DNA of 64,000 bases, taken from positions 32,001-96,000 of the forward strand of contig JBBQUR010000010.1 in the NCBI GenBank assembly GCA_038212275.1. Reading direction: 5' to 3'. Under the pieces are notes generated by a model, which saw nothing but the letters and a program-made list of their open reading frames with translations, was not told the origin of the DNA and did no database searches. This stretch comes from Planctomycetota bacterium (GTDB lineage Bacteria > Planctomycetota > B15-G4). This document shows positions 51,220 to 60,684 of this stretch, piece by piece. Each line of letters begins with the position of its first letter. Positions within the stretch are counted from its first letter, which is position 1. Position numbers and translations under genes: made by a program.

Positions 51220-51995
51220 CGATGGCTCTCGAACTGGGCGTGGATCGCAAGCAGATCGAGGCCCTCAAGGCCGTGTACCGGCGCTGGACCGGCGACCCGG
51301 TGCAGTTCCGCTTCCTCGCGACGCTGGTCATCATGGGTGCGATCATCGCGCTGGTGGAGATGCCCCTCGCGGCGCGCCTCGACTCGGCGCGCGCCCGGCA
51401 CAAGGAGGCGCTCGCGCTCTCGTCGCTCTCGCAGGAAGTGCGCGGCTTCGTCGAGCAGGTCGAGGCCTACGATCCGAAGGTCGCCGTGAGCGCCGAGATC
51501 GTCGACTGGCAGAACTACGTGCTGTCGCTGCTGTCGTACAGCAACGCGACGCTCATCTCCATCGAGCCCAAGGCCGTGGAGCCCAAGGGCGCCTTCCAGG
51601 TGGTGCAGATGGAGCTCGTCGCGCGCGGCAGTTCCTACCGCGAGTTCGTGGACTTCATCGACCGGCTCGAGCACGGCGAGCGGCTCATGCGCGTCGAGAA
51701 GGTGCGCGTCGAGAAGCACCAGACCTCGATGTACCTGACCTGCATGATCCGCGGCCTGGTGAAGTCCTCGGCCGCCAGCGAGAGCAAGCCCGCCAGCGAC
51801 GGCCACACCGGCGACGACAAGACCGGCGACGACAAGACCGGCGACGACAAGGGCGGCGACGACAAGGGCGGCGACGGCGAGGCAGGCGAGGCCGGGATCG
51901 AAGCCGGCGACGCGTCGGGCGGCTCAGCCGATCGCGCCGACGAGGTCGGCCCGCGGGACGCGCCGGGAGACGATGCCGGGAGCGGCGACAGGTGA
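51216..51995 (+). CDS. PilO/GspM-like protein
   Basis: TM, coiled coil and MEL..RG.SY.EF..FI.RLE...RLMRVE; acidic repeat tail. Confidence 0.7.
   Translation: MTMALELGVDRKQIEALKAVYRRWTGDPVQFRFLATLVIMGAIIALVEMPLAARLDSARARHKEALALSSLSQEVRGFVEQVEAYDPKVAVSAEIVDWQNYVLSLLSYSNATLISIEPKAVEPKGAFQVVQMELVARGSSYREFVDFIDRLEHGERLMRVEKVRVEKHQTSMYLTCMIRGLVKSSAASESKPASDGHTGDDKTGDDKTGDDKGGDDKGGDGEAGEAGIEAGDASGGSADRADEVGPRDAPGDDAGSGDR
51807..51875. repeat. 15-bp tandem repeat encoding (T/G)GDDK
   Basis: ACCGGCGACGACAAG x3, GGCGGCGACGACAAG, then a partial copy. Confidence 0.9.
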
Positions 51996-52960
51996 TCGCG
52001 AACCTCAAGCGCAACATCGTGTTCATCGCGCTCGCGCTGCTGGCGTGGTTCGGCTACGGCGATCTCGACAAGGAGAAGAGCAAGGCCGTGGCGTCGGCCA
52101 GGAGCGCGCTGCGTCCCATCGAGATCTCCGACATCACGCCGCGCGATCCGCCCTCCGACTGGGTGCTGACGCGCGATCCCTACGGGCTCGTCATTGCCGT
52201 CGAGAAGATCGAGCCCGCAGCCGGCGCCTCGCCGCGCGCAGCCGGCACTCCGTCGCGGGCGCCCCCCGGCCGGGCGACGTCCGTTTCGGCCGGCTCCGCG
52301 GGACACGGCAGCGGCGCCCGCGGCTCGACGGGTGCGGCGGCCCCGGCGGGTCTGGCGACTGCGGCGGGCTCCGATGGCAGCGCGAGTGGCGCGACGCTGC
52401 ACCCACCCGTGACCTCGCTGGCGCACTGGGCCGAGCACGCGGAGGCTCTGCTGGCGTTGCGAACCGCCACGTCGCCTGCGCCGCCACCCGAACCGGTCGA
52501 GGCGCCGGCCCCGCCGGCCGAACTGCCGCCGGTGCAGTTCACGCTGAGCCTGCAGGCCACGCTGGCGCAGGCCGGCGGTGGCCAGGCGCGCATTTCCGGG
52601 CAGACGGTGGAGGTCGGCGCGGCGCTGGCGGGTTTCGACCCCTACTCGCCGCCCGTCCTGCGCGCGGTGGAGGGCTCGGTCGCGGTGGTGACCCATCGCG
52701 GCAAGGACTACCTGCTGGATCTCGATCACCAGGCGGTGATCACCGTCGGCACGCCGGGAGCGGCGACCGGCGAGGCCGCCGCGGCGCCCCGGACGTCCGG
52801 CGGCATGGGAGGCGCGGCGGGCCATCCGCGCACCGCCAGCACGTCACCTCCGAAGGCCGCAGCCCCCTCGGCGGCAACTCAGACAGCGGCTCCGGCTCCC
52901 GGAGCGCCGAAGAAAGCCACCTACAAGGCCCGTTCGTATCCCGGAAAGCCCAAGTCATGA
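51992..52960 (+). CDS. Hypothetical Ala/Pro-rich protein at the PilP/GspC position
   Basis: N-terminal TM, RDPY motif and L.ATL....G..ARISG..V.VG beta domain; coupled to both neighbours. Confidence 0.5.
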   Translation: MIANLKRNIVFIALALLAWFGYGDLDKEKSKAVASARSALRPIEISDITPRDPPSDWVLTRDPYGLVIAVEKIEPAAGASPRAAGTPSRAPPGRATSVSAGSAGHGSGARGSTGAAAPAGLATAAGSDGSASGATLHPPVTSLAHWAEHAEALLALRTATSPAPPPEPVEAPAPPAELPPVQFTLSLQATLAQAGGGQARISGQTVEVGAALAGFDPYSPPVLRAVEGSVAVVTHRGKDYLLDLDHQAVITVGTPGAATGEAAAAPRTSGGMGGAAGHPRTASTSPPKAAAPSAATQTAAPAPGAPKKATYKARSYPGKPKS

Positions 52961-54765
52961 ACGCTGCCAGGACCGAGAGCCTCCCGCTCATCGTGCGGTT
53001 GCTCGTGGAGGGCGGTCAGCTTCCCGAGGACAAGCTCGACCAGGTGGCGCGCGCGCGGACGCAATGCCCCGAGAGCGTCGAGGAGGCGCTCATCGCCGGC
53101 GAGCTCGTGGAAGAAAACGCCATCCCCGAGGCGTGGGCGTCGCACCTCAAGATCCCGTGGGTCGAGCTGGTGCAGGACGGACAGGTCTCGCTGGTGATGC
53201 TCAACCTCCCCAACGAGCTGCTGCCGCTCTCGCTGGGCACGGTGGCCGAGCTGGCTGCGGTCTGCGGGCCGCTCGCGCAGATCGTGTCCGAATCGGTGTG
53301 TCGCCGTCGCCGGCTCTTTCCGGTGCGCGACTCGGGCCGCTTCCTCGAGATCGCGTGCCTCAACCCGGCGGACTTCGCGGCGCTCGAGGAAGTGCGCATG
53401 CGCACGGGCCGCATCGTGCGCCCCGCGTCCATCTCGCCGGGGCTCTACGCGCTGCTGCTCGCCGGCGTTTTCGGCGAACGCGACGTGGTGCGCGAGATCG
53501 TCAGCGAAGGCAGCAAGGGACCCGAGGCCAGGAAGGAGGCCGAGGCCGAGGAGGAGATGGACTTCATCCTCGACCTGCAGCGGGCGCTGCCGGCCGGCAA
53601 GGACAGTCAGGTCGTGCGCATCGTGAACGTGCTCCTCGGGCGGGCCATCGAGGAAGGCGCCAGCGACATCCACATCGAGCCGTACGAGGACACGGTGCGC
53701 GTGCGCTACCGCATCGACGGCAAGCTGCGCGAGACGACCTCGCCGCCGCGCTCGCTCTTCGTGCCCACGGTGTCGCGCCTCAAGATCCTGGCCAAGATGG
53801 ACATCGCGGAGAAGCGCGTGCCGCAGGACGGCGCCATCGCGCTGCGCAACGGCGAAAAGCGCGTGGACCTGCGCGTCTCCACCGTGCCGACGATCTACGG
53901 CGAGAAGATGGTCATCCGTATCCTGGAGAAGGAAGGCATCCCCGACAAGCTCGAGCGCCTCGGCTTCAACGAGAAGCAGGCGAGGGACTTCGTGGCGGCC
54001 GCGCACTCGCCGCACGGCCTGATGTTCGTGACGGGGCCCACCGGCTCGGGCAAGAGCACGACGCTCTACTGCTGCCTCAACCTCATCAACAGCCCGACCG
54101 AGAACATCGTCACGGTCGAGGACCCCGTCGAATACAAATTCTTCGGGCTCAACCAGGTGCAGGTGCGCGCGCAGCAGGGTCTCACCTTCGCCGGCGCGCT
54201 GCGCTCCTTCCTGCGACAGGACCCGGACAAGATCATGGTCGGCGAGGTGCGCGACCAGGAGACGGCGCAGATCTGCATGCGCGCCGCGCTGACGGGCCAC
54301 CTCGTGCTCTCCACGCTGCACACGAACAATGCGCTGCAGGTCATCAACCGTCTCGTGGACATGGGCATCGAGCCCTTCCTGCTCGGCCCGGCGCTGCGCA
54401 TGGTGGAGGCGCAGCGTCTCGTGCGCCGCCTGTGCCCCGAGTGCAAGGAAGCCTACGAGCTGCCCGAGGAAGTGGCCGTGAAGTACGGGCTGCAGCCGGG
54501 CATCACGCTCTACCGCGCCGGCACCAATGCCAACTGCGCCAACTGCCGCGGCAACGGAGTGCGCGGCCGCGTCGGCATCTACGAGGTCATCCCGATCACC
54601 GAGGCCGTGCGCCAGTGCATCTGCCGCAAGGCGCCCGTGGCCGAGATCGAGTCCACGGCCCGCGCCGAGGGCACACGCTTCCTCGCCGACAGCGCGCGCG
54701 AGCGCCTCGAGGCCGGCATCACCAGCCTCGAAGAGTGCATCGAGTACCTGAGGAAGGAAGTCTGA
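52957..54765 (+). CDS. PilB/GspE family assembly ATPase
   Basis: ASDIHIEP, DIAEKRVPQDG, Walker A GPTGSGKST, TVEDPVE, LRQDPD.IMVGEVRD, TGHLVLSTLHTN and CPEC..CANC zinc motif. Confidence 0.95.
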   Translation: MNAARTESLPLIVRLLVEGGQLPEDKLDQVARARTQCPESVEEALIAGELVEENAIPEAWASHLKIPWVELVQDGQVSLVMLNLPNELLPLSLGTVAELAAVCGPLAQIVSESVCRRRRLFPVRDSGRFLEIACLNPADFAALEEVRMRTGRIVRPASISPGLYALLLAGVFGERDVVREIVSEGSKGPEARKEAEAEEEMDFILDLQRALPAGKDSQVVRIVNVLLGRAIEEGASDIHIEPYEDTVRVRYRIDGKLRETTSPPRSLFVPTVSRLKILAKMDIAEKRVPQDGAIALRNGEKRVDLRVSTVPTIYGEKMVIRILEKEGIPDKLERLGFNEKQARDFVAAAHSPHGLMFVTGPTGSGKSTTLYCCLNLINSPTENIVTVEDPVEYKFFGLNQVQVRAQQGLTFAGALRSFLRQDPDKIMVGEVRDQETAQICMRAALTGHLVLSTLHTNNALQVINRLVDMGIEPFLLGPALRMVEAQRLVRRLCPECKEAYELPEEVAVKYGLQPGITLYRAGTNANCANCRGNGVRGRVGIYEVIPITEAVRQCICRKAPVAEIESTARAEGTRFLADSARERLEAGITSLEECIEYLRKEV

Positions 54766-54767
54766 GC

Positions 54768-55865
54768 ATGGCCACCGACACGGGCGGCGGCTTCCTCAAG
54801 GTCCGCGTCAACAACAAGATGCACCCCAAGGCCTCGTCCGAGGACGTGCAGGCCTTCTTCCAGCAGCTCTCGACGATGTTCCGCGCGGGCACGCCGATCT
54901 ACGACGCGATCACGATCTCGGGCGCGCAGTGCCAGAGCATCAAGCTGCGCGCGGTGATCGAGAACGTCGCGCAGCGCGTGGCGTCGGGCCAGTCGCTGAA
55001 CTCTTCGCTGGCCAACTATCCGCAGTACTTCCTGATCGAGTGGATCGAGGTCATCCGCAGCGGCGAGGACAGCGGCCAGCTCGGCAAGGTGCTCGAGAAG
55101 CTCACCGTGCAGATGATCGCGGCGCAGGAACTGCGCGGCAAGCTCGTGAGCGCGATGATGTATCCGATCATCATCCTGTGCGTGGCCATCGGCGCCATCG
55201 CGGTGATGCTGGTCAAGGTCGTGCCCACCTTCGCCAACATGTTCCAGAGCATGGGCAAGGAGCTGCCGGGCATCACGCAGGCCGTGCTCGCCGTGTCGGA
55301 CTTCCTGCGCGAGAAGGGCTTCATGATCGTGATCGCCATCGCGGTGGTGATCTTCGCGTACAGGCGCTGGTCGGCCACCGTCGAGGGCCGCAGGACGCGC
55401 GACCGGCTGCTCGTGTCGCTGCCGCTGGTGGGCGACGTGCTGGTGCAGGCCTCGATGCAGAAGTTCGCGAGCAACGTCGCGCTGCTGCTGCGCGCCGGCC
55501 TGCCGCTGCTGGACGCCATCATCTCGATGAAGGGCATCTTCAGCGCCAACAAGACCTACCAGGAGGCGATGGTCCGCGTCACGCAGCAGGTGGAGCGCGG
55601 CGGCAACCTGGCGGACGCGATGGAGGAGTCGGGCGTGTTCACGTCCTTCGTCGTGAGCATGACCCGCATCGGCGAGGGCTCGGGCACGCTGCCCGACGTG
55701 CTCGACGAGGTGGAGGTCTTCTATCGCCGCAAGGTCGAGATCGTCGTGGGCCGGCTCACCGGTTCGCTCGAGACCGTCGTCATCCTGTTCATGGGCGTGA
55801 CCGTCGCGGTCATCCTCTGCGCGGTGTACCTGCCCATGTTCTCGGCCGCCTCGGGAGTGAGCTGA
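54768..55865 (+). CDS. PilC/GspF family platform protein
   Basis: FFQQLSTM.RAG.P, GEDSGQL, SAMMYP, VVPTF..MF...G.ELP.ITQ, IGE.SG.L and AVYLPMF. Confidence 0.93.
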   Translation: MATDTGGGFLKVRVNNKMHPKASSEDVQAFFQQLSTMFRAGTPIYDAITISGAQCQSIKLRAVIENVAQRVASGQSLNSSLANYPQYFLIEWIEVIRSGEDSGQLGKVLEKLTVQMIAAQELRGKLVSAMMYPIIILCVAIGAIAVMLVKVVPTFANMFQSMGKELPGITQAVLAVSDFLREKGFMIVIAIAVVIFAYRRWSATVEGRRTRDRLLVSLPLVGDVLVQASMQKFASNVALLLRAGLPLLDAIISMKGIFSANKTYQEAMVRVTQQVERGGNLADAMEESGVFTSFVVSMTRIGEGSGTLPDVLDEVEVFYRRKVEIVVGRLTGSLETVVILFMGVTVAVILCAVYLPMFSAASGVS

Positions 55866-55866
55866 G

Positions 55867-58011
55867 ATGCGCCTCGCGGGACTGATCGCCGTGCTGCTGC
55901 TCGCGGGCTCCGCGTCCGCACTGCAGTCGTCCGCGTCGGGTGTGCGCGATCTGCTCGGCGTGCCGCTGCCGGGCGCGGCCCCTGCGGCAGCCGGAGTCAA
56001 CGTCACGCTGCCCGGTGCGCAGTCGGACGGCGGTGCGTCGACGAAGCCCGCGCCGACGGGCGTGTCGCCCGCCGTCGGTGCGACCGGCGCCGGCGCAGCA
56101 GCTGCGGCCGGCGCTCCGGGAGCAGCCGGCACCGCGTCGTCGGGCAGCCTCGTGCCGCCCGGGCCTGCCGTGACCGGCGCCTTCGTGCGCACCTCCGCCG
56201 ACCGTCTCGAATTCCACGCGCGCAGCCTGCCTCTCGCCGACGCCTTCGCCGAGCTGCGCCGCCTCATGCGCCGCAACATCGTGGTCGCCCCCGACGTGAC
56301 CGCCACCTTCACCGGCGACCTCTACGACATGACCGTCGAGGAGATCATCGGCGCGCTCTGCCACAGCACGGGCCTCGTCACGCGCGAGGAAGGCGCCTTC
56401 ATCTACATCGAGCCGGACAAGGCCGAGACGCGCGTCTTCACGCTGGGCCATGCGCGCGCCGAGGACACCATCGCGCTCATCCGCCCGCTGCTCAGCCCCT
56501 CGGGCCAGGTGACCGCCACGCCGTCGTCGCGGCAGGGCATCGCCTCCAGCCAGAACGAGGCCGGCGGCGACGACTACGCGGCCGCCGACCTCATCGTCGT
56601 GCGCGACCTGCGCTCGCGCCTCGACGAGATCGCAACCGTGCTGCTCTCCTTCGATGCCGAGCCGCAGCAGGTGCTCATCGAGGCGACGATCCTGCTCGTC
56701 TCGCTCTCGGACAGCAAGCAGCTCGGCGTGGAAGTCTCCGCGCTGATCGGCACGAACTTCGCCGACAACGGCGCGTCGAGCATCAGCGGCCAGGGCATCA
56801 ACTACGGCGGCTTCGACGGCCAGCAGCTCGACGACGGGCTCGGCGCCGTCGCCACCGGCCTGAACTCGCTCATCCCGAAGGCCAACGGCGGCCTCAACGT
56901 GGGCATCATCAAGGACGGCGTCGCGGTCTTCATCAAGGCGCTGCAGACGCAGACCGACGCGACGGTGCTGGCCAACCCGCGCATCGTCACCATGAACAAG
57001 CAGCGCGGCGAGGTGCTGCTCGGGCGCCGCGACGGCTTCCTCACGACCACCGTCACGCAGACCTCCACGACGCAGAGCGTGGAGTATCTCGAGACCGGCA
57101 CGCGCCTCATCTTCCGGCCGTTCATCACGGGCACGGATCTGGTGCGCCTCGAGGTGCACCCGGAAGACTCGACCGGCGGCGTCAACAGCGAGGGCCTGCC
57201 CTTCAAGGACACCGCAGAGGTCACCACCAACATCATGATCCGCGACGGCGAGACCGTCGTGATCGGCGGCCTGTTCCGCGAGCGCAAGGACGTCATCGAG
57301 CGCAAGGTGCCGCTGCTCGGCGACATCCCGCTGCTCGGCGCGCTCTTCCGCAGCGAGGACAGCACCAACCGGCACGAGGAAGTCATCATCGTGCTCACGC
57401 CGCACATCGTGAACATGAAGGACGGCAAGCTGCGCGCGGAGTCCACCGCGCTGATGCAATCCGGCTCGCCGGCGCTGGCCAGCCTTGCCGCGAGTGCAGG
57501 CTGGACGCCGCTGCCCGCGCCCGACGCAACCGCCACCGAGTGGCACGAGCCCGTCGCGCCGGCCGGCAGCTTCGACGCCTCGGGCGCCATGACCGGCCTC
57601 GACAGCGCGGGCAGCGCGGGCAACGCGGGCAACGCGGGCGAGGCGGGCGAGGTGGGCGCGGCGGGCGTGTCGGGCATGCAGACCGCAGCGGGCGCAACGC
57701 TCCCGGCAGCCGCGCGGGTTCCGTCCGGTGCGGCTCCCGCGGGCGGCACTCCTCGCCACGCGGCGCTGAACCTGCTCGCGGAGCCCCGCCTCGCGGAGGT
57801 CCACCTGGCGCTGGCCCGCAGCCTCGTCGCACGGGGCGACGTGGGCACCGCCGCGATGCTGCTCGCGGACCTGGACGCCGCGCACCGCGACAACGAGGAA
57901 GTCCGCCTCCTCGAGCGCCAGATCGGCGCCCGCAGCCTGCCGCTGCCCGACGTGTCCGCCGTGGACAGGCAGCTTCTGGACCTCATCGCCGGGGGCCTGA
58001 ACAGCCGATAG
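55867..58011 (+). CDS. Secretin (PilQ/GspD family)
   Basis: Signal peptide, QVLIEA.I, VLANPRI.T.N, DGETVVIGGL, KVPLLGDIPLLGALFR and IIVLTPHI. Confidence 0.92.
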   Translation: MRLAGLIAVLLLAGSASALQSSASGVRDLLGVPLPGAAPAAAGVNVTLPGAQSDGGASTKPAPTGVSPAVGATGAGAAAAAGAPGAAGTASSGSLVPPGPAVTGAFVRTSADRLEFHARSLPLADAFAELRRLMRRNIVVAPDVTATFTGDLYDMTVEEIIGALCHSTGLVTREEGAFIYIEPDKAETRVFTLGHARAEDTIALIRPLLSPSGQVTATPSSRQGIASSQNEAGGDDYAAADLIVVRDLRSRLDEIATVLLSFDAEPQQVLIEATILLVSLSDSKQLGVEVSALIGTNFADNGASSISGQGINYGGFDGQQLDDGLGAVATGLNSLIPKANGGLNVGIIKDGVAVFIKALQTQTDATVLANPRIVTMNKQRGEVLLGRRDGFLTTTVTQTSTTQSVEYLETGTRLIFRPFITGTDLVRLEVHPEDSTGGVNSEGLPFKDTAEVTTNIMIRDGETVVIGGLFRERKDVIERKVPLLGDIPLLGALFRSEDSTNRHEEVIIVLTPHIVNMKDGKLRAESTALMQSGSPALASLAASAGWTPLPAPDATATEWHEPVAPAGSFDASGAMTGLDSAGSAGNAGNAGEAGEVGAAGVSGMQTAAGATLPAAARVPSGAAPAGGTPRHAALNLLAEPRLAEVHLALARSLVARGDVGTAAMLLADLDAAHRDNEEVRLLERQIGARSLPLPDVSAVDRQLLDLIAGGLNSR

Positions 58012-58019
58012 GCCCGGGC

Positions 58020-59021
58020 ATGAGCGCCTGCCCGAGACTTCTGCTGCCGTGCCTGCTGGCGCTCGCGCCGTGGTCCGCCGCGCAATCGGCGCCGGGTGCC
58101 GCGTCGCCACCGGCCGCAGCGCCGGGCGCGTCGGCGACGGCCCCGGCCGGCGCGTCCTCGCTCAGCGGAGCGGCGCTCGCCAGTGCACCGCTCGCCAGTG
58201 CACCGCTCGCCAATGCATCGGTCGGCGCGCCCGATCTTCAGGACGCTCTCGCCGCAGAGGTCGATGGGCGCTGGAACGACGCGCTGCGCCTCTACGTCGC
58301 GGCGACGGCCATCTCGCCGGACGACATCTCCGTCGCGCTCGGCCTCGCGCGCGTGCACACGGCGCAGGGCCGCGCGTGGGAGGCCGCAACGCTGCTCGAG
58401 CACGCGACCGTCGCGCACCCCGACTCCGTGCGCCTGCTGCGCGCGACCGGCGACGCGATCCTCGCGGCCGGCAGCACGACGATGGCGCTGGAGGCCTATG
58501 ACCGCGCGCTGGCCGTCGCGCCCGACGATGTCGGCGTGCGTTGCGCCGCCGCGTGGGCCGCCATCGCAGGGCGCCGTTCGGACCGCCTGCTCGAACTGCT
58601 CGCGCCGGTGCCGCTGGCGTCGCTGACGCCGTCGCTGCAGCGCGCGCTCGGACGCGCGGCGCTGCTCGGCAACAAGCCCGAGCTCGCGGCCGCCGCGCTG
58701 GAAGCCTTCCTGCTCGGCGAGGCCGGCCATCCGCCCGCGACCGCCGCCGACGACGTCCAGGTGCTCGTCGACGTGCTGCTCGACACGGCGCGCGCGCGCG
58801 TGCTGCTCTCGCAGGACACGGCGGCGCTCGAAACGCTGCGCCTGGTGCTTGCCCAGCAGCCGGACTGCGCCGCCGCCTACGTGCTGCTCGGCCACCTGCG
58901 TCTGCGCGGCAGCCAGCGCGAACTCGCACTGGCGTCCTACGAGGAGGCCATCCGTCGCGGCGCCGACGCCGGGCCGCTGGCTCCGCTCATGACGCGGCTG
59001 GCTCCCGCGGGACATCCGTGA
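58020..59021 (+). CDS. Exported TPR-repeat protein
   Basis: Signal peptide and TPR-like units (A..AYDRALAVAPDD, AYVLLG.L.L......ALASYEEAI). Confidence 0.75.
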   Translation: MSACPRLLLPCLLALAPWSAAQSAPGAASPPAAAPGASATAPAGASSLSGAALASAPLASAPLANASVGAPDLQDALAAEVDGRWNDALRLYVAATAISPDDISVALGLARVHTAQGRAWEAATLLEHATVAHPDSVRLLRATGDAILAAGSTTMALEAYDRALAVAPDDVGVRCAAAWAAIAGRRSDRLLELLAPVPLASLTPSLQRALGRAALLGNKPELAAAALEAFLLGEAGHPPATAADDVQVLVDVLLDTARARVLLSQDTAALETLRLVLAQQPDCAAAYVLLGHLRLRGSQRELALASYEEAIRRGADAGPLAPLMTRLAPAGHP

Positions 59022-59022
59022 G

Positions 59023-59463
59023 ATGGGGCCCGCAGCGGGCAGTCGATCCATCGCAGGCGTCTCCCTCATCGAGGTGATGCTCGTGCTGGTCGTCATCGGC
59101 ATCAGCGCGGGCATGGCCGTGCCACGCTTCGGCATCGCCACCGAGCAGACGCACGTGGACATCGCGGCGGCCTCGCTGCACTCGGTGTGGGTCGCGGAAC
59201 GCCTGTGGTGGCTGGAGCAGCACGAGTTCTGCGACTCCGTCGACGAGCTGGCCGCGCAACGCCTGCTGGACCGCCCGCTCGTGGACGCCGTCGCGCCTTT
59301 CGAGCTTGACGTGCTCTCCGCGGACGAGGGCGCCTTCGTGGCGCGCATGCTGCGTACGGGCAGCGACGACTGGTCCGGCGAGCTGCTCATCGACGAATCC
59401 GGCGTCATCACGGGCTTCACCAGCAACGAGGCAGGTCTGCATGTCGTCCCGCAAGGCCCATGA
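59023..59463 (+). CDS. Minor pilin / pseudopilin (PilE-like)
   Basis: G/VSLIEVMLVLVVIGI..GMAVPRF. Confidence 0.85.
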   Translation: MGPAAGSRSIAGVSLIEVMLVLVVIGISAGMAVPRFGIATEQTHVDIAAASLHSVWVAERLWWLEQHEFCDSVDELAAQRLLDRPLVDAVAPFELDVLSADEGAFVARMLRTGSDDWSGELLIDESGVITGFTSNEAGLHVVPQGP

Positions 59464-59806
59464 GCTGCGCGCCGGTGAGCCGGCCGGCTTCACGCTGCTG
59501 GAGTGCACGGTGGCGCTGCTGCTGTTCACGCTGCTCGTGCTCGGCCTGTCGCGGCTCACCGTGGCGCACGATCGGCTCGTGTCGAGCCTCGACGCCTGGC
59601 TCGCGGACGACCCGGTCTACTACGTCGATCAGGCGGACGACGACCTGGCGCGCGTGCTCGGGACGCCGGCGCGCCTGTCCGAGCCCGTGCCGGCGCTGCC
59701 GGGCCCGCCGCCCGCGCCTGCTGCGTACGCGGTGACCGTGCAATCCGTCAGCACCGGGCTCGACCCGGCCACCGCGACGGCCGTCGTCGTGATGACGGAG
59801 CTCTGA
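59441..59806 (+). CDS. Minor pilin (PilV/GspI-like)
   Basis: AG/FTLLECTVALLLF. Confidence 0.8.
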   Translation: MSSRKAHELRAGEPAGFTLLECTVALLLFTLLVLGLSRLTVAHDRLVSSLDAWLADDPVYYVDQADDDLARVLGTPARLSEPVPALPGPPPAPAAYAVTVQSVSTGLDPATATAVVVMTEL

Positions 59807-59807
59807 G

Positions 59808-60284
59808 ATGACGCGGGCCGAGCGCGGGCACACGCTGGTCGAGCTGCTTGTGGTGGTCACGATCTCGGCCATCCTCGTCAACATCGCGATGCTGGCGTGG
59901 AAGCCGATCAGCGCCTCGACGCTGTCGCTGCGCGACCGGGCGTCGGAGGATGCCGAGCTGCGCTTCGCGGTGGAAGCGCTGCTGGCCGACTTCGGCGGTG
60001 CCGACGCCGCGCTGCCGACGCTCGACGGCGACCTGCGCATCACGCGCGAGCAGGCCGTGGCCGAGCTGGCCGGCGCGTGGGACGGCGACGACGACGGCAT
60101 CGTCTGGTCGCTCACGGACGGCGACCTCATCCGGCACGACGAAGCGCTGGACACGGAGATCGTCATGGCGTCCGGCCTGACGGGCTTCGTCGTGACGCGT
60201 CCCGGCGACGCCGAGACGCACGTGCTGCTCTCCGCGGGCAGCGGCGCAGGCGCTCGCAGCGTCACGCTGGCATGGCCCGAATGA
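59808..60284 (+). CDS. Minor pilin (PilW/GspJ-like)
   Basis: RG/HTLVELLVVVTIS. Confidence 0.8.
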   Translation: MTRAERGHTLVELLVVVTISAILVNIAMLAWKPISASTLSLRDRASEDAELRFAVEALLADFGGADAALPTLDGDLRITREQAVAELAGAWDGDDDGIVWSLTDGDLIRHDEALDTEIVMASGLTGFVVTRPGDAETHVLLSAGSGAGARSVTLAWPE

Positions 60285-60670
60285 AGGCCCGCGCGACACG
60301 ACGCGGTGAGCGCGGGCAGGTGCTGCTCATCGTCACTGTGCTCGGCCTGCTCGCGATGGCGGCGTGGGGCCTTGCCTGGCGCGCGACGCACGATGCCATC
60401 CGCACGGACCGCGTCATGGTGCAGCGCGCGCTGCGCACGGCGTCGGTGTTGCCGGCGCTCGCGCACGGTGCGGCGGCGTTGCGCGGCGGCCATCCGCCGA
60501 GCGATCCCTTCGAGTGCATCGACACCCTGATCGACGGCACCGAAAGCTACGACTGCCTTCTGCTGTTCACGAGCCAGATCAATTCCGAGACGTGGCAGGT
60601 GAGCTGCCGGATCGCCACGCCGTCGGAGGTGTCGAGCCTCCCGACGCTGCCCCTTGCCTTCAGCGACTGA
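60281..60670 (+). CDS. Minor pilin (PilX/GspK-like, lacks Glu5)
   Basis: ERG/QVLLIVTVLGLL; last of four consecutive pilin-like genes. Confidence 0.7.
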   Translation: MKARATRRGERGQVLLIVTVLGLLAMAAWGLAWRATHDAIRTDRVMVQRALRTASVLPALAHGAAALRGGHPPSDPFECIDTLIDGTESYDCLLLFTSQINSETWQVSCRIATPSEVSSLPTLPLAFSD

Positions 60671-60684
60671 GTCGGAGCGACACG

